A DNA stretch of 64,000 bases. It comes from Hormiphora californensis (taxonomy: Eukaryota; Animalia; Ctenophora). A program made the translations under genes and the position numbers. The stretch covers positions 3,968,001 to 4,032,000 of the forward strand of contig CM035361.1 in NCBI GenBank assembly GCA_020137815.1. The letters run 5' to 3'. The notes under the pieces were generated by a model. That model made no database searches and was not told the origin of the DNA. It was given only the letters and a program-made list of their open reading frames with translations. Below, in pieces: positions 36,541 through 48,787 of this stretch. The stretch's first letter is position 1. Each line of letters starts with the position of its first letter.

Positions 36541-37985
36541 TAGATATAGTTAGATAGAACGGGCATTCCCATTGCAACAGGTGAAGAAAGACGGATCATC
36601 TGCTCCAGCTCTTTCTAGGAGCCATCTTCCAGTTTACCTCGATCAGAGGCGTAGGTGTAATGTTTGCAAATCGAACAAGAAAACCTATATTGGTTGTTCG
36701 GCTAGTGGTTGTAAAGGGAGGGGGTTCTGTCTGACTCAAAAGCGAAACTGTTTTTATCATCTGCACCATCAGTTAGAATGATTGGACTCTTATTGATTGG
36801 ATTTGTACATGAAATAAAGATTGAAATTTGAGTTTTTGAATCCGAAGTATGATTTTTTCCTATACGACCCACTGGGTCATATATGACCCAAATCTAGTAA
36901 AAATTCCCTTAATATCTAATTTGAATGGTTAAACAATCACTATATAGCATATTAATAACCTTCAAATGCTTATTTTGTGTTAAAATAGCGAAATTCATTA
37001 GTTTTCGGCAATATCATTGAAATTTTCCCTAACGGCCCACTGGGTCATATATGACCCAAATCAGTGAAAAAACCGTCTGAGACGTAATATTCCGGTTGTA
37101 ACAGTTTATTCATACCTCTAGTACACCAATGACCCGGTTTTTATGTCCCTGATAACAGTATTGCTCACACAGGACGTCTCTAACCTTTTTGTACCATATA
37201 AGTACCACTGGGTCATATTTGACCCAATTTTTAAAATCGTTATAGCTCAGTCAATTTTTAATATTTTTTGATGCGGCTTTTTTCTTGCAGTTCTAGTTGG
37301 TCTTCTTCTAAAGTGTTTAAAATTATAGAAAATTCGTAGGAGGCGTTTAGAAATGGCATCAAAAATTAAAAAATGACCAAAATGAACATCATTTGGACCC
37401 AATTATCTAAACCTTAACATCAATGATTGCGCATGAAACTTGGATTTTTAGGTAGAGAAATGTCTAAACTATCGTTTAGGCTTTAGTTTGGGCTCAAAAG
37501 TTAATCCTGAAGCTGGGAAATCAGTCTTTAGTGCAATGGGTCATATATGGCCTGTGGTCCTCAAAGGGTTAAGGAGTGTTAGACGATATGAGACACGATT
37601 CGGAGACTGTTTTATCGCTCTTTCCATCTATCTCTATCTCTTTTTGTCAATTATCTTGAAGACCAGATGAGATACCTACTACCTAGTTCCTACTCATACT
37701 AATGCGAGGAAGCTACACACTTTGGTGCCCTTATTTTTGTCCAGCCCCGTTATTTTTAGGGGGATATGTTGTTGTTTTAGATGGAATGGTTTGAATTTGG
37801 TCTGTTTGGCAAGACTCGAAAATAAATAAAACCCAACGCATTCCATCTAAAATAACATGTCCTCCTAAAAACAATGCGGCCGAGCCGATAGGCTCTCATT
37901 ACCAAAAATAAGGGCACTAAACTCGAGTTGTTGAGTAAGAAATAACAACTCACCAAGTGTGTAGCGTCAGCTCGCATTATAGTAA

Positions 37986-38239
37986 GGGGAAACTCTAACT
38001 GAATGAACGCGCAGTAATGGCAGCCCATCAACTGGAAATCTCTAATTGATAATGGGAGCCATCACTCTGGGCGCGCCATGATTTGCGACATTCTGCTGGT
38101 AAAAAAGGCTTTTACGTAGAGCGCGATGACAAACACACGGACATGGTCACGCGTTCTGTCCATCATTCCTTCCATCCAATTAGAGTTTTACCGTTGATGG
38201 GACACCATTACTGCGCGTCCATTCAGTTAGAGTTTCCCC
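37986..38239. mobile_element. PIF/Harbinger MITE
   Basis: TIR ggggaaactctaactgaatg; TAA TSD. Confidence 0.9.
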
Positions 38240-39359
38240 TAAGGGTAGGCAACTCTCCAAGATAATTGACAAAAAGAGATAGAGATAGATAGAGATAGAT
38301 AGAAAGAGCGATAATACAGTCTCCGAATCGTGTCTCATATCGTCTAACACTCCTTAATAAGCTTCCCCGAATCATGTTCCACATACCGTATCGTCTCACA
38401 CTGCTAATGAGCTCCCCCGAATCATAAGTTTCGTATCTCGTATCGTTTCACTCTGCTAATGAAGCATCCTAGAATCGTGTCAGTAAGGGGGATGGATATG
38501 TGACACTGTCACATATTCATCCCGCTCATTAGAATTTGTTAGTGGATTCACTGCCATGGCTATAATTGTTATAGACGTCACTAACAACACTACAACGTTC
38601 AGCGAGTACCGGGAGGTTTTGGAAGAGTGTGAAAGATCAGAAACTTTAGCCAGGCAATTTCTGGGAACATCCTACCTATTATACTACTTTCTCGAAAATC
38701 AGACCTGTTGGAGAGTTTTTTACTGTGGATCCTGATAGTGATAATGCAAGGCGGCTGTTTAGTACCTACCCGATCATAGATTTGAATAAACATGCTGATT
38801 GACGTGAAAAGTTCTATTAACTGTCCAAAGAAGGACCCCTTTTACCATTATATCCAAGATGAACTAATTATAGTGTAATTTTAATTATGTAATATTATAT
38901 TTATTATTATGTAAATCGTTTACATTTGTGCTCATTCAATATTATGATTCGATCACTCACGTGTCACTCACTTGTCACTCACGTGTCACTCACGTGTCAC
39001 TCGCGTGTCACTCACGTGTCACTATCGTGTCACTCATGTCCTTTTTCACTCTCACTAGCTTTGGCTCATAGAACCTAATCAGATCACATTTCTATGAGCC
39101 ATAGTTGTATGCATTTATGGCTCATAGAATCTATAGTGATGCAGTTCTTTCTCTGTATAGTATTCTCTCTGTAGGCAGTACATTGGGCATGCCCGGGCAT
39201 TGATTGATTGGGCGCGCACACAGAGAGAATACAGAGAAAGAACCGTCACTGTGGTCCATTATCAGTTAGAGTTTTACTGTTGATGGGATCCCATTAATGG
39301 GATGCCATTCAGTTAGAGTTTCCCCTTATATCTGTGTAATGTGTATGTTATACACATTA

Positions 39360-39645
39360 CATGAAACATGTGTATAGACCTTAAAAACTGCTGTCGTTTT
39401 TAATTTGTATGTTATACATAGTTATATATTTATAATGTTATGTATCAATTGTGAAATTCCTCTCTCGCCCCTACTCTCGAGAGAGCTCTTTCACCCTTCC
39501 TCTTTCTGTCCATCGACTGTAAGCACTGCTGTATCAGCTGTAAGCACTGCAGTAATGTTAATAATAATGCTAATAATAATAATGCTAATAATAAACAAAA
39601 CAAATTAAAAACAACAGAAGTTTTTAAGGTCTATACACATGTTTC

Positions 39646-39681
<36 letters not shown>

Positions 39682-39710
39682 CTAATAATGGACAATGGTA
39701 ATAATGCTAA
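39360..39710. repeat. Small inverted-repeat element plus (AAT)n microsatellite
   Basis: atgaaacatgtgtatagaccttaaaaact and its reverse complement at ~39619-39647; (aat)n at 39646-39680. Confidence 0.65.
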
Positions 39711-39938
39711 AATACTGCTGGAAAGAGTAAAACTATAAGCTAAAATCTTATCTAATCTAATTCGTATTTATATTGCAGCTGTACAACAACAGTGGAGGAT
39801 AAACATTGTGTTAACTCTGTTTCCTATTTTTCAGATACCGAGTCCGATTAACCCTTTGCGGACGAAACGCCCCCCTGTCCACAAAATCTGATGAAAGAAT
39901 GTCACCTGGTTCAATAAATGGTGAGTTACCTTGTTGAG

Positions 39939-40039
39939 CAGGAACCGATCGAATCAGGAAAAACTGGTCCCTGATAACCAGTCACGTGACCTAAATAAGG
40001 AGTTCTGATTGGTTGTTTACTTGTTTCGGTCGGTTCCTG
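39939..40039. mobile_element. ~100-bp hAT MITE
   Basis: TIR caggaaccga.cgaa/ttcggtcggttcctg; 8-bp TSD ttgttgag. Confidence 0.9.
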
Positions 40040-40140
40040 TTGTTGAGTAAGGGGTGAGACTGATCAGACCGGGTACCAGGATATAGGCCTCGGGTTGCTG
40101 ACTTTTTTAAATAATAAACCCCTAGACTATTAACACTTAA

Positions 40141-40720
40141 AGGGCCTAAAAACCCAAATTTATTAATTATTTTGAACACTACATCGTAACAAGCATGCTA
40201 TTGGAGTCCCAAAAAACATAGGTACACGCCCCACCCGCCCAATATGAGCCCAGGAGGAGCCCCTCAAGTTGGGCGAGTTGGGGTCCCCTTGTAAACGCGC
40301 TTGTACTCCTTGAAATGCTAACAATATGATACTCTCTGAAATTTGAAGTTTTGGGTAAAATTTAGCCTTGTGTTTCAGGTGAGTACATAATCTTTCTTGT
40401 CTCTGTATTCTGGTAATTTTTCTCCTAGTTTTGATAGGCTTAAATAATAATTGATGAGAAAGATTATGAAATCTACTAAAACACAAGGATAGTTTCCATC
40501 CTAAATTTTATATTTGAGAGAGGATCATATTGTTAGCATTTCAAGGAGTACAAGCGCATTTACAAGGGGACCCCAAATGGACCCCAACTTGAGGGGCTCC
40601 CCCGGCCCTGGGCTCACCTGGGGCCGTGTGGCGTGTACCTATGTTTTTGGGACTCCAATAGCATGCTTGTTACGATGGAGTGTTCAAAATAAATAAATAA
40701 AATTTGGGTTTTTAGGCCCT
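40141..40720. mobile_element. Kolobok-type MITE
   Basis: TTAA TSD, AG..CT termini, ~200-bp inverted arms agggcctaaaaacccaaattt. Confidence 0.85.
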
Positions 40721-40925
40721 TTAAGCCCGTAGAACGATCGTTTCCATAGCAGGCAGCAGCTCTTGAGTGTTTAATTAGAAATAGTCCATCTCTAAAACTG
40801 CAGTCTACTATCATTGATATTTTCAGGTAACAACTTTGCCAGGGACGTGCATCACCAGGCTAAAAGGATACGAATTTGAAAAGAGAGGAAACGAGAATAT
40901 CTGGAAAAATGAGAAAGTAAAGTTT

Positions 40926-41189
40926 TCCTTCCGGCTGGACAAGATGAAGGGTATTTTATTGTTTGTAGCATTTGTTGTATGTAGCATAACGTGCAGTTAA
41001 TTTCTGTACATATGTGAAACATCTTTATTAGGCTTCTGGCTTAAATTTTGATGAAACAACCTTTTTCAACTCTTTACCGCTTCTTTATACAAATTAATTT
41101 GAGCCTGATTATGATGTTGTAGATTGAAATTAATAGCAAGTTATGCTACAATAAAATACCCGTCCATTCATCTTGTCCAGCCGGAAGGA
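40926..41189. mobile_element. MITE with TIR tccttccggctggacaagatgaa, containing an SL-like sequence
   Basis: 23-bp perfect inverted ends; related ends at ~27499 and ~45075. Confidence 0.7.
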
Positions 41190-41386
41190 GGACCCCCCCC
41201 CCCATCGACTTCTATATGTGGCTGATAAACAATAAACATTAAACATGTCTCAGAGTATGATATCCAATGAAATGAACAATTTTACTAAAAGTTTTGGTAT
41301 TGCTCTGAAAAATTATACACTCAAACACTCGAGATCGAGTGCACTCGTACCTCAAATCCCAAAATATATAAACAATAGTTTTAGTA

Positions 41387-41542
41387 CAGTCGGACCCCGA
41401 TTTACCGGGATGCTAGGGAGAAAGGATTTTGCCCGGTAAATCGGGGTGCCCAGTATATTGGGGTCAAATACCGTTAATTGTCTATATTGGGAGAAATTTA
41501 TCCTCCCGGTAAATCGGGGTCCGGTAAATTGGGGTCCGACTG
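41387..41542. mobile_element. Tc1/mariner-type MITE (cagtcggaccccgattt family)
   Basis: TA|cagtcggacccc...ggggtccgactg|TA. Other copies at 47345-47501, 54490-54651 and 57815-57910; partial copies at ~46862-46985 and ~52511-52806. Confidence 0.9.
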
Positions 41543-43473
41543 TAAAACTAAAACTATTGTTTGTATAATTTGGGATTTGAGGTACGAGTGTTGGCGTGTA
41601 AACTTTTCAGTGCAGATTTTAGAAGTTTGTGTGTTTCAGTGTCTCTCTAAGGTGAGATAAGTTTTTTGAGATCTGAAAGAATTACAGCTAAGAAATGTGT
41701 ATAACAGCTGCAGCAGAGGTGTTTATTATACTTTATGATTGTAGCTGAGGTATAATATTCATTTCCCAAAAACCAAATACAACGCTGTTTAGAAAATTGT
41801 TCAACAACTTAAAAACATATAATTTGCCATTGGTTACGGGTCCCTTAACCATGGTAAGCCACTTTCTAGGTAACCACCCTCTAATGACTGGCATGGCGTA
41901 CAACCATTTAGGTCATAACGCCCCCCCCCCCCCCCCCCGCAGGAATACGTCGCGTCCCTCCCTTAACTCTTCCCCCCCCCCCATATTTGTCATACATACC
42001 AGACAGTCTGAACACGTTTAATAAAAAGTTGCTTCCTCCTCCTCTATATTCCATGGGCGTTGTATCACCTGGGCTGTATCACTTTATTGTGTCACAAAAT
42101 TGGTTGTCTGCTATATATATTTGGTATTGGTATTGGCAGTGCATCTAAACACGCGGGGCAAAACAAACAATATGCCTTTTACCTACTGCATACATCATAT
42201 ATTGTGTCTGCTTAGTAAGAACTGTTTTCTCTGTACCCTAGGATCTTAGCTGCAGTCACCTGTGGTATTCTTTTACATTTAGTGCGGCACATAATCGGTT
42301 ATTATACGGTTAGGAAAAACAAGCTTTTCTTGATGATGCAGGGTGCGTGTTTTGATACGAATAGGTCATTAACCAGGATGTATGTACTAACGATTTGTTT
42401 AGGAAATAGCTTGGCAGAATGCTTGCCGTGCAGTATATTTGTTGTCCCTAGGTCTAAATATTTAATACGACAAACCCTTGATTTACCAGTCGACTGATCC
42501 TCGGAGCTCGGGGGAAGGATAAACGCACATGTCATACCATATGTGGTGTCAAGATTCGAGGTGCATGCAGCTCAGCTTAGATTATAGACGTCCACATGGT
42601 AATACAAGATTTTACTGTACACTAGAATTTACACGTATGATGCTGCTTTCTATAAGCGTTCCCTATAATGCCTCAACTAGATCACGATCTGATTTTGTGG
42701 AGGAGGAAGGATCATTAGTGTTGGAATTCTGCCTACAAACATAAATTTCATGTACGTGATACCATATAAATATAGCAGTATATATATGCAGAAATCCTTT
42801 GGCGGTGTTGGGTACACGATCTGCTCAGCTTCGTTTCTGATCGCTGATCCTCTTCATTTATAAAACATAAAACCTTGATTCCACAGCCTGTTGAAATATA
42901 AGATTAATTTATAGAATTTATCCTAACAATATACACCATATTATCTAGGCAACGTCGCGTGATTCCCCCTAAATGCCCACACGAGTACACGAGGTGCATA
43001 TAATATTTGTAATAATCGAACAGGAAAACACGTCATACCAAACTGGTATAAATATTCAGATACTCTCTGCAACTCTTGTTTGGTTAACAAAAAAACCGGT
43101 TTTCAAACTCCCCACATCCCCCCCCCCCACCCGGCCCAACTGCAGCAGCGCCTGTGTGATGCATAGTAACTTTTATTTTTCACTTCACTGATGCGGTAGA
43201 TTCCACGGAGCCATCTCTTTATTTTCTTAGTATCATGGAAACACGTCCCCTCTTCTCCTAAAGAACTATCGCAACATTCGTCATTGCAATGACAGCTGAA
43301 GGGAGAGAATGCACGTCCCCTTCAATGTACTGCAGTGTGATAGCTCTGTTTCATATTCGATATTTGCTCCACTGTTTGGTTGTCCCAGTCCAAGTGGGCT
43401 GGGGGCACCGTCCAGAAAACGTGAGGAACATCGCATCATCTGCAAACCACCCACTGTTTGGCGTTCACTGTTT

Positions 43474-44304
43474 ACTACTACTACGAGTGCCTGGGCTTGC
43501 CAACGGCAAGCCCACAGGGGACTATCGCAAGCGATATCGCCGGCACTAGGAGAGCAGCCCCCCCAATCCCCCCACGAAAAAACCAAGAGGTTACAACAAG
43601 GACCTGTCATCTGACACGATCACTTGAAGGTGGTTCAAGGATTGGAGGTGCGTCTCCTGCGGTAGTTGTTTGATTTGTTTCTATTGTTTCCCTGTTCTGT
43701 GTATTTCCCCTGTGCTACCATCAGGGGTTATACTCTCCTTATTTCATTTTTTTCTTTCTCTTCTTTTGCTTTGAGTTCATGAACTTTGCTTATGATCTTT
43801 AAGGCTTCCTCTGTGTGGTGTAGTATTGTTTCTCCTAGGTTATCGTAGTTTGTTTTTCCGCTTATTCTCATTCTTACTATTTTCAGTGTTTCGCAATCGC
43901 ATATCAGGTGTTTGGATGTTTCCTCTGCCTTAGAACATAGGCTACATGTTGCTGAGTTTGTTTTCCCAATTTTTTTGAGGTACTTGTTGAATGGTCCTAT
44001 ATTTGTGGTGAGGTGTGTGATGTTTCTGAATTTCTTCCTGTTCTTTTTGTATATTTCTATCTTTTTTGTGAGTGTTTTCCAAGTTAATTTGCTCGTGATT
44101 ATTTGTTTTGTTTGTTTGCCGCCTTTTTTAAGGAAATGATTCCATGTGTTTTCCTTGGCTGTTTCCTTAGTGTTTGTTTTGATGTAACTCTGGGGGATTG
44201 GGCTTGGTAGACTTTCGCTTATTTGTTTCTTACTTCCTTCTTTGGCTAGTATGTCAGCCGCCTCGTTGCCTTCTATCCCTATATGTGCTTTAACCCATTT
44301 GACT
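43474..44304 (-). mobile_element. 5'-truncated I-group LINE (RNase H end + zinc-binding motif), a different family from the one at 2180
   Basis: Minus strand reads WVKAHIGIEGNEAADILAK...CSLCSKAEETSKHLICDC; (TAG)n tail; TSD gttcactgttt at 43463-43473 and 44305-44315. Confidence 0.9.
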
Positions 44305-45498
44305 GTTCACTGTTTGGTGTTCACGTACAGTCAATATGCATTGTTTGCAAACCCACTTCCCCACTGTTTTGTATCGAAATTGGACTTTCGTCTTTCCCTA
44401 TAATACTTGTAAAGTGTAAAGTAAGGCATGAATAATAGACAATATAGTTCTGTATAGTGTCTTACCAAAGCTTCTCACTGAAAAATCAGTGCTCCACCCA
44501 TCATTGAAAATGTTTGTTGAGTAATACATACTCGACAAGAAAATGTAGAGGCTTCATCTTTGGAACTCATGCAGGAGCCCTCAAATCAACTAGACTAATG
44601 ATACATCCAGTTCATTTTGCTTCATATCATGGAGATTCTGGCACTTGGCAGCGGTCCATGTACTGACGTAATGTAGAAGTGTATAGAACATCGAAGCATT
44701 TGCTCATGCTTCAGGCTTCCTCTAGAGTTCATATAACTGTCCCTTTCTCATGGAAAACGTGCATTAGCTGTGCTGATATAAAAGTTTTTAGACTGCAGAT
44801 AACTTCCTGTGTCTAGGTAAAGTTAGATCTGCTATTATTTTGATATTTCAAAAGTAACTTTACTTTTGAGAACATTTCGCCTTTGGAATGTTCGTGTCTG
44901 CATTTGTATGAATGACATCACATATTTAGTAAACATATGATGTCAAGCTGATGCGAGCATTCCAAAGGCGAAATGTCCTCAAAATCAAAATCAAAGTTAC
45001 TGATGTTATTTACACTTGTCAATGTGAATATCTAATGCAAATTTAACTACTTGTACGATCGTGAATTATTTTTTTCCTTCCAGCTGGATAAAATTATAGT
45101 TTACTTACATGGCTCACATGCCGCGCTCTGAGAGGGTTCGGCCCGGTAGATCAATGGTTTAGTTACCATATGATCATGATAGGTGCTAAACAAATCGAAG
45201 TTCTATACCTTATTCCCGAATATAATATATGCCCGCATATTTCCTGTTCGAAAAGCTTTATAGTTCAATGCTCAATCCATGTGCTATTGCTAATAATCAA
45301 TGCTACTCAGTAGCTGCTTGTGTTATAATTGTGTATTCATTTTATGTCTAACTCTAACATTATACACTCGATTTAATATATCCTTGTCGATTAGCCGCTA
45401 TTTTATATGATAGACATTAATTGATTATTGATTGATTGACATATTGTCATTTCTTATATTAATTTTTTATCAATTTGTGTTTTCAAGAAACTAGAACT

Positions 45499-48400
45499 AT
45501 GATTCCCCAAATTGTAATTGACACTGACTGTGGAGTAGACGACACGTTTTGTACTGCAAACTTTGCAGCCCTTCACCGTGCTGGAAAGTGCAAAATCAGA
45601 GGTAGATTACTACATTTGTTCGTCACGTTTTTTGTAAAAGAAATTAAACGGAAATCACGGAGACGGAAATTACGGAGACAGTACGAATAGTTCAGCCAAA
45701 TAAACATATGATAAGTCTCTAATTTATGGAGGAGTGGAGCTACGACCATATCGTAGAATAGTTTCACTTTTAGTTTTACTCTTCAATAGGGTAAGCTGGG
45801 GTAAAAGTGGTTCTAAAATACGCAATTTATACAGCAGGAAGAAAAAATATATATAGGCTATCCAATGAAACCTTTTCCTTTCAGCCGAACTAAATTTTAA
45901 AATCTACAAGTTTTATTTAATGGGTTAATTAATCAATTCAAATAATTTGGTGAGGCGTTTTTTGGAAAATTTGCATCGGGGCAAAGTGGCCCAAGCCAAT
46001 AGCATTGCTCGATTTTATCACGTGTCTGGTGTTGTTAGACGAAACGATCAAATTAGGGGCAATGTGGCCCATGTTCTGCACCGGAACATGGGCCACTTTA
46101 CCCCTAATTTGACCGTCTGGACTAAATTTTTGTACATTCCAATGTCACGTGGTATTGCAGGCGCCATTTCATTGGTCCTAGAGGTGGGCCACTTTGCCCC
46201 AGACCGGACCAATTTGCCCCGGAGAGTGGGCCATATTCGCCCCGATTTCACAAAATTGACAATTAAGACAAAAAAAATGCCAATTTCTTCAAAATTTTTA
46301 TACCACGTTTTAGAGAATTATAAAGCCTAACTGGCAGTTTTTGCAAAATTAAAATCGGCCGACCCAAACAGAAATAACAGCAGTTTTAAAGCGAAAATTC
46401 GGAACAGAACGAGCAGGTCTCCGCTGGAGAAAAAGTCACGTGACTACATGTAATAACTAGGGCCACTTTGCCCCATACATGGGCCACATTACCCCGCGGG
46501 CCATTTTGCCCCATCTTACCCTACTATAAAATGCTATATAATTGGAACTTAATTTGTTGTTTGTTTAGGTGTAACAACCGTTTGTGGAAATATTCCAACC
46601 GAGGCAGCTTTTCAAAACACAAGTCGCCTCCTACGAGAGGTGATTATATTTTATTCCAAGTGTGTTGATTATAAATTATTATAAATTAAATAATTAAAAA
46701 AAGTATTTAATTAATTAAATAGCAACTTTCTATGAATAACGGATTATCCTACACAGGTTCTAAAAATTGGTGATGTACCAGTTTATCGGTCTGGATGTTC
46801 CAAGTTCAACGATCGACACTGTTCACTTTTTTATGGTTCCGACGGCCACAAAGGTATAATACAGTCGGACCCCGATTTGCTGGGATTCTAGGGGGAAAGG
46901 GTTTTCCCGGTAAATTGGTTCGACACCGATATACAGCTGGGCACCTCGATCGGGGTGTCAGTATATCGGGGTCAAAAACCGTTAATATCCTCTATCGCTA
47001 ACGAAAGTTTAATTAATTCAGAAATGTTTATTTCCAGGTGTTCTCTCGGCACTATCCACGACAGTTTACGATGCAAAATGCACTCAACCCACCTCTGAAT
47101 CCTTCCTTGCAAATATTTTATCCAAATCAGACTCCAACACAATAACTATAGTGGCCATTGGACCACTAACAAACCTGGCAAAAGTGGAGGAAACAAATCC
47201 AGGAGTCCTTGCCAGAGCAAAACAAATCGTTATCATGGGAGGTTAGTTCTTAGATTAGAACAAAGCCCGACACTGTTATACAGGTGTGAAAAAGGTATGA
47301 ACAATTCCAAAATAGGCTACTCCTGAACAGCCCAATGAGTAGTACAGTCGGACCCCGATTTAACGGCACCCCGATTTAACGGCAGCATAATCTTCCCCCG
47401 ATATAGGAAATTAACAGTATTTGACCCCGATTTAGCGGACACCCCGATTTAACGGACAAAACCCTTTCCCCCGAGGGTGCCGTTAAATCGGGGTTCGACT
47501 GTAGTAGGGGTCGGAGTTCTTCCATCCTGCCAACATTGTTCAAAATATAAGTCAAAGCATTCACCATTCTAATTTTAATAAAACTGATTTACGAACCATG
47601 TCAATTATTCTAAGGAGCAATCTACGAAGAGGGAAACTGTCCAAAGACACAGATGGCATCAGAGTACAACTTCGGTATGGATGGACCTGCTGCGAATGTC
47701 ATCCTTGGACTTCCTAACATTGTCTTGTTTCCCCTTGATTTGACCATCAAAATAAGGTATAACACACGGTCAATCCTCGATCATATGCCATGTATGGCGG
47801 CGCCATACCCCAATTTGATTCTCAAACGCAGTGCTCTCAGATGGGGTCGGTGGCGCCATACAGCGATCGTGTGGTGCTAAAAACATTACCATGCCACGCA
47901 GATCCGACAGAAGCTACAGGGAACATGCCAATAAAACCATTATCTTTAAATTCAGATTCGATATGGATTACATTCTAGAGACTTCCGAGAATCTAGCTGA
48001 GGAACAGAGTAACTTCATCAAAAACATAGTTAACGGAGCATTCGATTCAATGGGTAAGTTTTATCTTTATAGCTGTCCTATCCATTGTTATGCACCGTCA
48101 ACCCAAACCACTAAAACTAAACTTATTTTAAAATATCATTTAGTTGAATACAACGAAACGACGAGGGATGATCGACGATTAAATATTCACGATGTCCATT
48201 GTTTTGTGTACGTTTTAAATCCAGCCTTATACCAAAGTAAGTTCATATCGACACTATTACACGGTCGCTTGTAGTGGGAAAACGGTAATGGAAAACTGAG
48301 ATACAGTAAGACGACGCGCAACCGTGGCCAATCAGGGCGCTAGTACGTGCTGAACACATGCACTTTTTGCTGCGCGTTATGCAACGTGCACGTCTCCTTA

Positions 48401-48676
48401 CTGTATTTCTATTACGGTAATATGACTACACTATTATAGTTCTGTTATTATAGCAGCATGAAGTTCAAAGTATTTTTATCATCATAGTGCTAATTTTATC
48501 AATCTAAAACAATTCTCTCATCCCCTTTTTCAGTTACAGAAATGAAGCTAAAGGTTGATGACATTGGCGTCTGCAGCAAGATCACAGATAATTCAAGACC
48601 CGTGACACATGTGGCGATGGGAGTGGTCGATCCTAATGCCGTTCAAAATGCTGCCCTCACATATGTTGGACTTTAG
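45499..48676 (+). CDS. Inosine-uridine preferring nucleoside hydrolase family protein, 8 exons (45499-45601, 46569-46639, 46757-46853, 47038-47241, 47615-47756, 47956-48053, 48144-48236, 48534-48676)
   Basis: All GT-AG and phase-compatible. Motifs IDTDCGVDD, TTVCGN, VPVY, GSDG, AIGPLTNLA, IMGG, SEYNF..D, PLD, IHD. Confidence 0.93.
45789..46521. mobile_element. TA-target MITE in intron 1 of the nucleoside hydrolase
   Basis: TA|gggtaag(c/a)tgggg...ccccatcttaccc|TA, with internal ttgcccc motifs. Confidence 0.8.
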
Positions 48677-48678
48677 AG

Positions 48679-48787
48679 CAAGAACCGACCGAAACAAGTA
48701 AACAACCAATCAGAACTCGTTATTTAGGTCACGTGATTGGTTATTAGCCAATCAGGGACCAGTATTTCCTGATTCGGTCGGTTCCTG
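48679..48787. mobile_element. hAT MITE inserted at the hydrolase stop codon
   Basis: Same family as 39939-40039, opposite orientation; 8-bp TSD ctttagag includes the TAG stop. Confidence 0.9.

Larger units (their letters stand above)
33071..37568. mobile_element. Rearranged piggyBac transposon with transposase remnants on both strands
   Basis: TTAA TSD; TIR ccctttgaggacca/tggtcctcaaaggg; gggtcatatatgaccc palindromes in both ends; empty TTAA site in the mirror arm at ~38354. Confidence 0.92.
28950..39130. mobile_element. Outer fold-back element (~900-bp arms) whose left arm carries nested insertions
   Basis: Joined 28950-29440 + 32784-33070 + 37573-37665 is the reverse complement of ~38255-39130. 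Confidence 0.7.

Noticed and set aside
39858-39905. Hammerhead-like GAAAC...GTC...CTGATGA
   Set aside because: Stems I and II cannot form.
42302-42535. STGKS as a Walker A of a viral helicase
   Set aside because: Lacks the first Gly and any Walker B; the frame is short and closed.
45139-45175. tRNA-like start ggcccggtagatcaatggtt
   Set aside because: No T-arm/B box or acceptor-stem partner.
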